Shown: positions 29,640-41,316 of the stretch, piece after piece
Position numbering within the stretch: position 1 is the stretch's first letter
Layout of the letters: every line of letters begins with the position of its first letter
NCBI GenBank assembly: GCA_016717105.1
Contig: JADKGF010000001.1
Location: 23,887-87,886, forward strand
Length of the DNA: 64,000 bases
DNA from: Saprospiraceae bacterium
GTDB taxonomy: Bacteria; Bacteroidota; Bacteroidia; Chitinophagales; Saprospiraceae
Direction of reading: 5' to 3'
Position numbers and translations under genes: made by a program
The notes under the pieces: generated by a model
The model's database searches: none
What the model saw: the letters and a program-made list of their open reading frames with translations, nothing else
Told to the model about the DNA's origin: nothing

Positions 29640-32600
29640 ATGATCAGTTTTTTTAAAGCCCATTCCACTGTATTTGTAGTAAAATCAAAAGAATTACTTT
29701 CAGAAACAGATATTAAAAAACTTTGTTGGCTATTTGGTGATGCGACCATTTTTACCGAAAAAACCGTATCTGGCCATTACATAGGGCCAAGAGCATCGAT
29801 GGTGACACCTTGGAGTACCAATGCAGTGGAAATAACACAAAATATGAGTATTTCTGGTATCGAGAGGATAGAAAGTTTTCACATTTCCGCTCCTGATCAA
29901 GTTTTCGACCCGATGTTGTTTCAGAAATATACCGATCTCGGACATGATATATTTTCTACAGAAATCGTTCCAGAAAGTATAAAAGAAATCAAAGATATCG
30001 CTACCTACAATCACTTAGAAGGATTGTCTCTTAGCGATGAAGAAGTTGAATATCTTGAAAATCTAAGTTTGAAAATGGGGCGACGATTGACAGATTCCGA
30101 AGTATTTGGATTTTCGCAAGTCAACTCCGAACATTGTCGCCACAAGATATTTAATGGAATTTTTAATATTGATGGCCTCGATAAGGATGAAAGCTTATTC
30201 GGAATGATCAAAAAAACTGCTGCTAAAAATCCAAATGAAATAGTTTCTGCTTATAAAGATAATGTCGCTTTTATAAAAGGTCCTGAAGTAATTCAGTTTG
30301 CACCAGAAGCTGCAGACAAACCATCATATTATCAAAAAAAATCTTTCAAATCTGTTCTCTCACTCAAAGCAGAGACCCATAATTTTCCTACTACAGTCGA
30401 GCCATTTAATGGTGCGGCTACTGGATCAGGTGGTGAAATCAGGGATAGGCTAGCTGGTGGTCAAGGTTCACTTCCGCTTGCGGGCACAGCCGTGTACATG
30501 ACGGCATATTCAAGATTGGAAACATCAAGACCATGGGAACAAAATGTACCTGAAAGACCTTGGCTTTACCAAACGCCAATGGATATTCTCATCAAAGCAT
30601 CAAATGGTGCTTCGGACTTTGGTAATAAATTTGGTCAGCCACTAATAGCTGGTTCTGTGCTTACATTCGAACATCAAGAAAAAAACGCTATCCAAGGTTT
30701 TGACAAGGTCATCATGCTAGCTGGTGGTATCGGTTATGGCAAAGCCGAACAAGCACAAAAACTTTCTCCCTCGGCTGGTGACAAGATAATAGTGTTGGGT
30801 GGAGACAATTATCGTATAGGCATGGGCGGCGCAGCAGTCTCATCAGCAGATACTGGCGCCTTGGGCTCAGGTATCGAACTGAATGCGATCCAAAGATCCA
30901 ATCCCGAAATGCAAAAAGAGTGGCAAATGCTATTCGAGCATTAATAGAAAGTGATCACAATCCAATAATATCAATCCACGACCACGGTGCTGGTGGACAT
31001 CTCAATTGTTTGTCAGAATTGGTAGAAGCCACAGGTGGATGCATTGAACTAGATGCATTGCCTATTGGTGATCCAAGTCTTTCTGCAAAAGAAATCATTG
31101 GCAACGAATCCCAAGAGAGAATGGGCCTTGTTTTATCAGCAAAGGACACCGACCTTTTGGAGCGGATAGCATTGCGAGAAAGGGCACCATTTTATGAAGT
31201 AGGTAATATTACAAATGATCATCGATTTGTATTTCAATCGCAAAAAACGGGACAAAAACCCATAGATTTGGCCATTAGCGATATGTTTGGTTCAAGTCCG
31301 AAAATGATCATTTCTGATACTACCATTCAGAAACAATATGAAGACCTGGATTATACTTCAGAAAAATTTGAACATTATTTATCACAGGTTTTGCAATTAG
31401 AAGCAGTAGCTTGCAAAGACTGGTTGACCAATAAAGTAGATAGATGTGTTGGTGGTCGAGTAGCGAAACAACAATGTACAGGACCATTGCAATTGCCATT
31501 AAACAATTGTGGTGTGATGGCGCTTGATTATGATACACACCAAGGTATTGCTACTTCTATAGGACATTCGCCAATATCAGGATTGATAGATCCCGAAGCT
31601 GCAAGTCGCATCAGTATAGCCGAAGCATTGACAAACATCATTTGGGCTCCAATAAAAAACGGAATGGAAGGCATTTCCCTGTCGGCCAATTGGATGTGGG
31701 CTTGCAAAAACCAAGGTGAAGATGCGAGATTGTATCAAGCAGTACAAGCTTGTGCTGATTTCGCTATCGAACTGGGTATAAATATTCCCACAGGTAAGGA
31801 CTCGCTATCGATGAAACAAAAATATCCAGATCAGGAAGTAATTGCACCTGGTACTGTGATTATTAGTGCTGCCGGACATTGTACTGACATTCGAAAAGTA
31901 ATCGAACCAACATTAAAAGCCGATGGTGGAGACATTTTTTATATTAATATGTCGTTTTCGGATTATCAATTGGGTGGATCATCTTTGGCTCAGGTCATTA
32001 GCAAAATAGGGCAAAATGCTCCTGATGTATCGGATGCTAATAAATTTAAAGCGGCATTTAATGTATTACAATCTTTGATTCAAGACAATCAAATTGTTGC
32101 AGGGCATGATGTAGGAAGTGGTGGTTTGATCACTACTTTGCTGGAAATGACCTTTGCAGGCATAAATAGTGGCGCTGAATATAGATTAGATCATCTAACA
32201 GAAACAGATAGTATAAAATTGCTTTTTGCTGAGAATGTGGGAATAGTTTTCCAAGCCAAATTTGGTCAAGAAGAATCCATCATATCTGCATTTAATGAAG
32301 TTGCCGTACCGTGTGTACAAATCGGAAAATTTAAATCTGGTGGCACTGTTAGTATCGTAAATGGAAAAGACTCCTTTACACTTGATGTACCTAAATTGAG
32401 AGATATCTGGTACAAAACATCGTACCTATTAGACATCAGACAATCGGGTCAAAACCATGCTCAAGCGCGTTTTTCAAATTATAAAAACCAAGCTTTACAT
32501 TTTGAATTCCCAAAACATTTTACTGGAAAACTTCCTGAAATTCCATCAAAAGGCAGGATTAAAGCGGCAATAATTCGAGAAAAAGGAAGCAATTCTGAAA

Positions 32601-33301
32601 GAGAATTGGCTCATGCGTTGTATCTCGCTGGTTTCGATGTTAAAGATGTACATATGACCGATTTGATCTCAGGCCGTGAAACGCTAGAAGATATCAGATT
32701 TATCGGCGCAGTTGGTGGATTTTCTAATTCTGATGTCCTAGGATCAGCCAAAGGTTGGGCTGGCGCATTCAAATACAATGAAAAAGCCAATCGAGCTTTA
32801 AGCAATTTTTTTGAACGAAAGGACACGCTTTCTGTCGGTATCTGTAATGGTTGTCAGTTGTTTATTGAATTGGGATTGCTCCACCTAGAGCATGAACATA
32901 AACCAGTCATGCATCATAATGACTCTCAAAAACACGAAAGCGGCTTTACGTCTGTCATTGTTCAGGAAAACAATTCGGTCATGTTGGCCTCATTAGCAAG
33001 TGCAAAATTGGGCGTTTGGATATCACATGGTGAAGGCAAATTTATGCTTCCTAATCCAGAATCAGATTATCACATTGTAGCAAAATATGGATATGAAAAT
33101 TATCCTGCCAATCCAAATGGTTCTGCATATAACGCTGCCATGCTTTGCAACTCCGACGGAAGACACCTTGTGATGATGCCTCATATCGAAAGATCAATAT
33201 TCCAATGGAACTGGGCTTATTATCCAGATGGTCGTCAAGATGAAGTATCGCCTTGGCTAGAAGCATTCGTAAATGCTCGAAACTGGTTAAATAATCACTA
33301 A
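29640..33301 (+). CDS. purL: Phosphoribosylformylglycinamidine synthase, single-chain large form, frame broken once (ORF pieces 29640..30944 and 30920..33301)
   Basis: GAATGSGGEIRD is present, and the C-terminal amidotransferase carries GICNGCQLF and MMPHIERS. The pieces overlap at the A5 run 30913-30917. A6 would give ...NPEMQKRVANAIRALIESDHNP... and 1221 codons. Confidence 0.95.
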
Positions 33302-33317
33302 ATCATTAGCGAAAATC

Positions 33318-35120
33318 TTACAACGCATATTTTGCAGCTGTGCTCATGGCAGTCGCGATCTTACGCCTGTTTTCCTTGATATTTTGAAGCGGATATTTCG
33401 TATATTTTCGTACTCCAGAGACGAAAGCGCCTTGCATTTCTGTTGGTATAAATGAGGCAATTGCATCAGTTGCATATTTAGTAACTCTACCTGTAGCATC
33501 ATGTAAATGCGTCTTTAATATGGCATTGTACAAGTCTAGGTCTTTGTCTGGATAACTTTCCGCTATCTTTAATACACGCATCAGAGTACTTTCGGCATTA
33601 AAAATCTCGATAATTATATCTGACAAATTCATCAAGATTTCCTGCTCCGTTTTAAGATTGAGCTGTCCGCCCATTGCTTGCTGTGCTGCACTACCCAATA
33701 ACATAATAAGGACTTTTTTGAAGTGGGCTACTGCTTGTTGTTCTGCAGCATAAGCACCTTCGTATATATTGCCGTTTGGCACGCCATTCATCAGCTCATT
33801 TTGGATGGCCATGCCTGGTGTCATCAGATCGAGCTCACCTTTCATAGCAGATTTCAATATGGAGCTGAGTATTACTAATCTGTTGATCTCGTTTGTACCT
33901 TCAAAAATTCTGTTGATCCTCGAGTCTCTATAAGCTCTAGCAATATCACCTTCTTCTGAGTAGCCCATACCACCATAAATTTGTACGGCTTCATCAGTCA
34001 CATAATCCAGCGTCTCCGAACCAATCATCTTTATGATCGAGCACTCTAGGGCATATTCTTCAGCAGCATCGAGTTTTGATTTTGCAAAGTCAAGTCCTGA
34101 TTCTTTATTGGCATTTTCGGCCATCTGAATCAAATGAGCTGTCCTGTACACTGCGGAATCAGTAACAAATGTTCTAATTGTCTGTTCGGCAAGCTTATAT
34201 TGGATGGCTCCAAATGTTGATATTGACTTTTTGAATTGCTCACGTTCATTGGCATATCTTATGCTGGCGGTTACCACTTCTTTGCAACCACCAAGGCAAG
34301 ATGCACCAAGTTTAAATCTACCAGTATTTAGTACATTGAAAGCAATGAGATGTCCTTTGCCTATTTCACCCAAAAGGTTTTCAACAGGCACCATCACATT
34401 TTCCATAAATATCTGTCGAGTAGAAGATCCTTTGATACCAAGCTTTTTCTCTTCAGCGCCTAAAGTGAATCCTTCCATACCTTTTTCTAAAATAAAACCG
34501 GTAAACTTGTCACCATCCACTTGAGCAAATACTGTGAAAATATCAGCAAATCCTGCATTGGTAATCCACATCTTTTGACCATTGAGTATATAATGTGTAC
34601 CCGCTTCATTCAAAACAGCTGTAGACTTTGCAGATAATGCGTCAGATCCGCTTGATGGTTCGGTAAGACAGTAGCTTGCCTTCATTTTACCTGAAATCAG
34701 ATTTGGTAAATATTTCAACTTTTGTTCTTCTGAACCATAATACAATATAGGCAGCATTCCGATTCCTGTGTGTGCATTGTAACTCACACTGAAAGATCCT
34801 GAAGGTCCTACTTCTTCACCGATTAATGTATTAGTAATATAATCAAGGTCACTTCCACCTAAACTTTCAGGCATGTGCGTGCCTAATAAACCAAGTTCTG
34901 CAAAAATGTCTAATTTAGAAGGAATGAGACCGTCTTCTAATTTTTCAATTCTATCTACAAAAGGTCTGATGTCTTGCTCTACAAATGTTCGTACTGTTTC
35001 TTTGATCATTTGTTGTTCTTCATTAAAATCTTCAGGAATGAACATATCAACAAACTGGCTTTCTTTGATCAGAAATTCTCCACCTTTTAATAACTGATTT
35101 TCCTTGGTAATAACAGACAT
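33318..35120 (-). CDS. Long-form acyl-CoA dehydrogenase
   Basis: 600 aa. LTEPSSGSDA and QIYGGMGYSEE are typical ACAD motifs, followed by a C-terminal extension as in FadE-like enzymes. Confidence 0.88.
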   Translation of the reverse strand: MSVITKENQLLKGGEFLIKESQFVDMFIPEDFNEEQQMIKETVRTFVEQDIRPFVDRIEKLEDGLIPSKLDIFAELGLLGTHMPESLGGSDLDYITNTLIGEEVGPSGSFSVSYNAHTGIGMLPILYYGSEEQKLKYLPNLISGKMKASYCLTEPSSGSDALSAKSTAVLNEAGTHYILNGQKMWITNAGFADIFTVFAQVDGDKFTGFILEKGMEGFTLGAEEKKLGIKGSSTRQIFMENVMVPVENLLGEIGKGHLIAFNVLNTGRFKLGASCLGGCKEVVTASIRYANEREQFKKSISTFGAIQYKLAEQTIRTFVTDSAVYRTAHLIQMAENANKESGLDFAKSKLDAAEEYALECSIIKMIGSETLDYVTDEAVQIYGGMGYSEEGDIARAYRDSRINRIFEGTNEINRLVILSSILKSAMKGELDLMTPGMAIQNELMNGVPNGNIYEGAYAAEQQAVAHFKKVLIMLLGSAAQQAMGGQLNLKTEQEILMNLSDIIIEIFNAESTLMRVLKIAESYPDKDLDLYNAILKTHLHDATGRVTKYATDAIASFIPTEMQGAFVSGVRKYTKYPLQNIKENRRKIATAMSTAAKYAL

Positions 35121-35356
35121 ATTGAACTGGCTTTAATAAATTAAACTCAAAGTTAAATTATTTTTTTTATTAAATCAATTATTTTTATATAATATTTTTT
35201 AAATTGGTCATTATTAAGGTTTAAAGTTAATTTTTTATTATACTTTAAGTAAAATTTTTATAATTTTAACTTGCGTTAATAAAAAATATATGACCATGAT
35301 TATTAAAAAAATCTGTGCGGACTAATTTCTGCTTTATCTTTACGAAAAAATTGATC

Positions 35357-36966
35357 ATGCGTGTTTTAGCAAGTTTTATATTTCTTGTTTTTGTTTACAA
35401 CCAAACAAGTGGACAGGTTGACTTCAAAAAATCAAATCTTCCAATCATTATAATAAATACAAATGGCAATGAAATATATGATGATGTAAAGACTTCAGCA
35501 GATTTGAAGATTATCTATAATGGCCTAGGAATAGAAAATGATATAACTGATGTACCAACAGAATACAATGGCAAAATCGGGATAGAATACCGCGGATCGT
35601 CTTCTCTAGGTTTTCCTAAATTTCCTTATGGCTTCGAAACACGTGACGAAACAGGAGAAGACAATAGTGTAAGTCTATTAGGTATACCCAAAGAAAGTGA
35701 TTGGACATTAAATGCAAGTTATAATGATAAATCTTTGATGAGAGATGGCTTAGCATATATACTAGCTGGAGACATTATGGATTATGCGCCACGAGTGCGG
35801 TATAGCGAAGTTATGATCAACGATGAATATCAAGGAATTTATTTACTAGTAGAAAAGATAAAACGGGATAAAAATCGGGTTGATATTGCTAAATTGGAAC
35901 CAACTGACAATGACGGTGATGCTTTGACCGGTGGCTATATTATTAAACTAGACAAAGAGACAGGATCTAATAGTGGCCAAGGATGGATATCACCTTTCAA
36001 GCCATATACGAATGCGTGGCAAAATACTTTTTTCCAATTCGATTATCCTAAAGCTTCATTGATCACACAAGCACAAAAAGACTATATTATCAATTTTATG
36101 AATAAAGCTGAAACCAGTTTAAAATCATCTAATTACAAAGATCCAATAAATGGTTATAGAAAATATATGGATGTAGAATCCCTTATAGATTTCATTATAA
36201 TCAATGAACTTACCAAAAACCCTGATGCATACAGACTTAGTACTTTTATGCACAAGAATCGTGATAGCGAAGGTGGCAAATTAAAATTCGGACCTGTTTG
36301 GGATTTTAACCTTGGATTTGGTAATGTAGATTATTGCACACAAGGCAATCCTGAAGGCTTAGTAATTCTAAATTTTAATGATGTTTGTAGTGATGATTAT
36401 TGGGTTATTCATTTTTGGTGGAAAAAATTTTTGGAAGATGAGGCTTTCTATTCACAATTAAAAATGAGATGGAAGACATTAAGACAAAAGAATTTTCTGA
36501 AAATCGTGTAAATCATTTAATAGACTCAATTTCGGTATTATTAAATAAAGCACATGTACGCAATTTTCAAAAATGGCCTGTTTTGGGTCAATACGTTTGG
36601 CCAAATTATTATATTGGAAATACTTATTCAGAAGAAGTAAACCATCTTAAATCATGGATAGATTCGCGATTTGCTTATTTGGATAAGGTTTGGGAAATTA
36701 AAACTGAAGTAGAAGATTCCACGAATTATACACAACTCTTACCAAATCCTACTGCTGATTTACTAACCATTTCATTCGCAAAAAAAGTTCCTAAAGACTT
36801 GACAATATCGCTTTATGACACCAATGGATCATCGTTTGTGGTCCCGATAATTGATTTGGATGAAAATCAAATTAATTTAGACTTATCCAACTTGCCAACT
36901 GGATTATTTATTCTGCGGATGAGTTATCCTGAATCCTCATCATACTATAAAATAGTGAAAATCTAA
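35357..36966 (+). CDS. CotH-family (atypical kinase fold) secreted protein with T9SS C-terminal sorting domain, frame broken once (ORF pieces 35315..36511 and 36469..36966)
   Basis: MRVLASFIFLVFVYNQTSGQ is a signal peptide. The CotH-like core includes YRGSSS...KPYGFE, LNASYNDKSLMRD, NDEYQGIYLLVEKIK and FGPVWDFNLGFGN. The tail, LLPNPTADLLTISF...GLFILRMSYPESSSYYKIVKI, is CTD-like. The junction is at the A4 run 36486-36489, and A5 gives ...WKTLRQKEFSENRVNHL... Confidence 0.8.
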
Positions 36967-36967
36967 G

Positions 36968-38425
36968 ATGTTTAAGCCTCTTTTTAGTCAATACAAGAGT
37001 CAGATTCTGATTTTTATAGGAGTTTTGATTTCATTTGGGTTCTGGTACCTAAATCCTTTTGCTTTCGAAAGTGCATCATCAAAGGTGTTATCTATTGCCA
37101 TATTGATGATCTTTTTGTGGGTAAGTGATGCCTTGCCTATGCCGGTAGTTGCTGTATTTCCATTGGTCTTATTTCCATTATTTAAGATATCACCATTGGA
37201 TGCCACTGCAAAATCATTTGCCAATCCGGTTATATTTTTGTTTTTCGGTGGATTTATGCTAGGGTTAGCGATAGAAAAGTGGCACTTGCATCGTCGCATT
37301 GCTTTAAATATCATTCGGCTTACCGGCACTAAAGGTGATCGCATTGTCCTAGGATTTATTTTGGCAACGGGACTTTTGTCCATGTGGCTGAGCAATACAG
37401 CTACTACTATGATGATGTATCCTATCGCCCTATCAGTTATAGCCGTCATTGCAAAAAACAAACAAGAAGGTGCTAATTATCCTTTCTTTAATATGACTAT
37501 AATGTTGGCCATAGCCTACGCATCTAATATCGGTGGTATTGCCACTATCATAGGTACACCACCAAATGTAGCTTATATTGGATATTTTCAGACAAAATAT
37601 GGGTCCGAAGTAGATTTTATGAGCTGGATGTCTATCGCAACACCTTTGTCATTGATCCTTTTATTTGCATTGTATTTTGTGATGGTAAAGTGGCTTTATC
37701 CAAGTAATATTATTGCTATTCGAGAATCAGAAAATTTGATGAACCAAGAAATTAAAGAACTTGGGCCAATGTCAATCGCCGAAAAAAGAGTCCTGTTTGT
37801 ATTTATTCTTACTGCATGTTTATGGATTTTCAGGTCATTGATCAATGGTGTACAAAGTGCTGTCAAACTGGATGACACTGTAATTGCTATGATAGCAGCT
37901 ATCCTGTTATTTATAATTCCTTCAGGTATCCGCAATCATGAAGGTGTACAAAGCCCATTGCTACGATGGGAAGATACTGGCAAAATGGCTTGGGGTATAT
38001 TACTGCTTTTCGGTGGTGGTATTTGCCTTGCGGAAGCGTTAGAAAAAGTAGGATTAATCAGCATTCTAGGTGATTGGTTGTCGGGAAGTACCACTAATAT
38101 ATTTCTGTTGATCTGTCTGATTACCGTTTTGTCTATTTTTATAAGCGAGGTCATGAGTAATGTAGCGCAAGTCATTGTTTTTGCTCCGGTTGTATCATCG
38201 ATGGCCGATAGTTTACATATCAATCCACTCCTATTGGGAATTCCTATGACATTGGCAGCAAGTTGTGCCGGTATGTTGCCGATGGGTACACCACCAAATG
38301 CGATAGTTTTTGCAAGTAATCACATCAAAATGAAGGATATGATAAAGGTTGGATTTGTGATGAATGTCATCTCGATTATCTTGATTACACTGTTTGTGTG
38401 GTATTTTGTACCGTTGGTATTTTGA
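36968..38425 (+). CDS. SLC13/DASS-family anion (dicarboxylate/sulfate-type) symporter
   Basis: A 485-aa polytopic protein with the duplicated hairpin motifs SNTATTMMM and ...MLPMGTPPNAIVF typical of DASS transporters. It starts 1 nt after the CotH stop. Confidence 0.8.
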   Translation: MFKPLFSQYKSQILIFIGVLISFGFWYLNPFAFESASSKVLSIAILMIFLWVSDALPMPVVAVFPLVLFPLFKISPLDATAKSFANPVIFLFFGGFMLGLAIEKWHLHRRIALNIIRLTGTKGDRIVLGFILATGLLSMWLSNTATTMMMYPIALSVIAVIAKNKQEGANYPFFNMTIMLAIAYASNIGGIATIIGTPPNVAYIGYFQTKYGSEVDFMSWMSIATPLSLILLFALYFVMVKWLYPSNIIAIRESENLMNQEIKELGPMSIAEKRVLFVFILTACLWIFRSLINGVQSAVKLDDTVIAMIAAILLFIIPSGIRNHEGVQSPLLRWEDTGKMAWGILLLFGGGICLAEALEKVGLISILGDWLSGSTTNIFLLICLITVLSIFISEVMSNVAQVIVFAPVVSSMADSLHINPLLLGIPMTLAASCAGMLPMGTPPNAIVFASNHIKMKDMIKVGFVMNVISIILITLFVWYFVPLVF

Positions 38426-38439
38426 CTTTAATTAAAAGC

Positions 38440-39072
38440 TTACGCCATTGCGTACTCCAAAACATCAAGATTCTGAGATTTATAACCTTCTTTTGCCAGA
38501 TGGTTCAAAAATCTTGGTAATACATATTTAAGATTTTTTTCAGCTTTGAGATTATCATGAAATACGATGATAGAACCAGGTACAAAATTGTCCATCACAT
38601 TGCTCAAGCATTTTTCTTGTGAAATGGTTTGATCAAAATCGCCGCTTAATACATCCCACATGATAATTGACTTTTCAGTTTTGATAACAGCAGACTGATT
38701 GGGTTTCATTTTGCCATATGGTGGCCTAAATAAATCTGAAGAAACAATATTGTCGCACTTCTTTATATTTTCAAGGTAAGTATCTAGGTCATTATTCCAA
38801 CCATTCAGATGATTATACGTATGATTTCCTACACTGTGACCTTCTGCTATGATTCTTTGATAGATTTCTGGATATTTTCTCACATTATCACCGACACAAA
38901 AAAAAGTAGCTTTGAAATCATATTTTTTTAACTCATCCAATACCCAAGGAGTCAATTCTGGAATAGGGCCATCATCAAAAGTAATAAATACTTCTTTTGA
39001 ATCTGTGTCCAAGCTCCAAACAAAATCAGAAAATATTGTTTTTATTATTGGCGGTGTTTTTACTAAGTACAT
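38440..39072 (-). CDS. Polysaccharide deacetylase (NodB-homology domain)
   Basis: NodB motifs TFDDGP, HSVGNHTYNH and RPPYG. Confidence 0.88.
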   Translation of the reverse strand: MYLVKTPPIIKTIFSDFVWSLDTDSKEVFITFDDGPIPELTPWVLDELKKYDFKATFFCVGDNVRKYPEIYQRIIAEGHSVGNHTYNHLNGWNNDLDTYLENIKKCDNIVSSDLFRPPYGKMKPNQSAVIKTEKSIIMWDVLSGDFDQTISQEKCLSNVMDNFVPGSIIVFHDNLKAEKNLKYVLPRFLNHLAKEGYKSQNLDVLEYAMA

Positions 39073-39245
39073 AATATAATTTTGCTGTTTTCAGCATTTA
39101 AAGTTAATTTTGCAGTCTGACCTTCAAAGCAGAAATAGCAAAAAGATGTAAAACAAGGCTGCGTTGTGATATACAACGATGATAAATGCCAAAAAGCGTC
39201 TTTTAATTTTCAGATTTTGAATATCATTAACAAAAACAAAATAAA

Positions 39246-40751
39246 ATGGATTCAGTGAGAGTAAGATTTGCACCAAGCCCAACAGGCGCATTGCATATTG
39301 GTGGTGTTAGGACAGCATTGTATAATTATCTTTTTGCAAAAAAAAATAACGGTACCTTCATACTTAGAATAGAAGATACAGATCAAGCAAGATACGTCCC
39401 AGGTGCTGAAACCTATATTATCGAATCGCTCAGATGGTTTGGAATCTTACCGACTGAAGGACCAGAGTTTGGAGGTGAATACGGACCATACCGACAGTCT
39501 GAAAGAAAAGATTTATACAAAAAATATGTGGACAGACTACTCGAAGATGGCAATGCGTATTATGCATTCGATACAGCCGAAGAACTCGATGTACTGCGCA
39601 AAAATGACCCAGAATTTAAGTATGATGGCAAATCCAGAATGTCCCTGAAAAATAGTCTTACCTTAAGCAATGATGAAACACAAAAATTGCTCGAAAAAGG
39701 AGATCATGTTGCAGTAAGACTGAAAATTCCAGTAAATGAATCTATCTCTTTTGATGATCAGATCAGAGGTCATGTGACTTTTGACAGCAATGAACTAGAT
39801 GATAAGGTCATACTGAAAGGTGACGGTATGCCTACATATCACCTAGCCAATATTGTCGATGACCATCTCATGAAGATCACACACGTCATCAGAGGAGAAG
39901 AATGGCTCAGTAGTACGCCGCATCACGTACTTATGTATAGATTTTTAGGTTGGGAAGCACCGATATTTGCCCATCTTCCATTGATCCTCAAGCCAACTGG
40001 ACAGGGCAAACTCAGCAAGCGCGATGGCGCTAAATTTGGTTTTCCAGTTTTCCCATTATCTTGGGATAGCGATCATGAAGAAGATAATTTTACTGGGTTT
40101 CGTGAAGATGGGTATTTGGCAGATGGTTTATTAAATTTCTTAGCATTATTGGGCTGGAGCCCAGGAAATGATCAGGAAATCATCAGCCTAGAAGATATGT
40201 GTAAGGTATTCAGCTTGGATAAAATCGTAAAATCAGGTGCGAGATTTGATATTGATAAAGCCCTATGGTTCAATCAACAATATATCATCCACGCCGATGA
40301 TCTCAGATTGGCTTATTTGATTCAGGATCGAGCTATCGAAGCGGGATATCATGTATCTACAGAATATCTGGCTGAAGTCTGTGGTCTAATGAAGGAGCGC
40401 GTCCACAAGACACATGAAATTATCACCAATGCGCGATTCTTTTTTGAGGCGCCACATGTATATGATGATGAATCCATAAAGAAGAAATACCGTCAGGACC
40501 AAAAACATCATTTGTTGGCTATTGCTAATATTTTGAAAAATGTCAATGAAGATGGGATAGAAACCGGCATCAAAGACTATATACAAGGACAAGGTCTGAA
40601 ATTGGGTGAATATATGCCATTGATCAGAATTGGTGTTTGCGGTACGATGCAAGGACCGGATTTAATGAAAACTATTCATCTGATCACCGCAAATGAAGCT
40701 GGAAATAGGCTGGAACATGCGGTATCACATTTTGATAAATTAACACAATAA
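39246..40751 (+). CDS. gltX: Glutamate--tRNA ligase
   Basis: RFAPSPTGALHIGGVRTALYN (HIGH motif) and KLSKRDG (KMSKS motif). Confidence 0.97.
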   Translation: MDSVRVRFAPSPTGALHIGGVRTALYNYLFAKKNNGTFILRIEDTDQARYVPGAETYIIESLRWFGILPTEGPEFGGEYGPYRQSERKDLYKKYVDRLLEDGNAYYAFDTAEELDVLRKNDPEFKYDGKSRMSLKNSLTLSNDETQKLLEKGDHVAVRLKIPVNESISFDDQIRGHVTFDSNELDDKVILKGDGMPTYHLANIVDDHLMKITHVIRGEEWLSSTPHHVLMYRFLGWEAPIFAHLPLILKPTGQGKLSKRDGAKFGFPVFPLSWDSDHEEDNFTGFREDGYLADGLLNFLALLGWSPGNDQEIISLEDMCKVFSLDKIVKSGARFDIDKALWFNQQYIIHADDLRLAYLIQDRAIEAGYHVSTEYLAEVCGLMKERVHKTHEIITNARFFFEAPHVYDDESIKKKYRQDQKHHLLAIANILKNVNEDGIETGIKDYIQGQGLKLGEYMPLIRIGVCGTMQGPDLMKTIHLITANEAGNRLEHAVSHFDKLTQ

Positions 40752-40784
40752 TTAAAACATCATATTGCGTAAAACAATGCAACA

Positions 40785-41306
40785 TTAAGCAAATTTTTCA
40801 TCCTTTTTTATAAAAATAGAGACGATAGCAGCGACAATCAAAACAAAAATTGATGACTGGAAAATGCCTAATAATTGTCTAGTTGGAGTAAAGCCGTTTA
40901 CTGATTCTTCTTCGGCTTTTTCCATCGCTTCAGCTAATTTATCCTCAGGCATACCTACAGCCTCCATCATAGATCTTGCTGCATCCATACCCATTTCTGT
41001 CAATTTCTCAACCAAGGATGGGTCAATCAAGTTCACCAAAATAATAGTAAATAACGTAGAAATTACAACACCAACTAAACCAGTCAAGAAAGTAGTTTTG
41101 AGCGCTTCGCCATAAGGAAGAATATCATTATTTTCTTGCCGTTGGGCTCGACCCACTATTACTAAAATCACTATCATAATTATAAAGCTAATTATAGACA
41201 TTGTACCCAAGCCCATTGATACTACATAATAATTGACTAAAGAAAATACAATAGATACTAATCCATAAATAATTCCATACCTAAGCCAAAGTGGGTTGAT
41301 GTTCAT
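40785..41306 (-). CDS. DUF4199-like small membrane protein
   Basis: Four hydrophobic segments. The N-terminus NPLWLRYGIIYGLVSIVFSLVNYY resembles DUF4199 as I recall it. Confidence 0.5.
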   Translation of the reverse strand: MNINPLWLRYGIIYGLVSIVFSLVNYYVVSMGLGTMSIISFIIMIVILVIVGRAQRQENNDILPYGEALKTTFLTGLVGVVISTLFTIILVNLIDPSLVEKLTEMGMDAARSMMEAVGMPEDKLAEAMEKAEEESVNGFTPTRQLLGIFQSSIFVLIVAAIVSIFIKKDEKFA

Positions 41307-41316
41307 ATTGTTTGAT

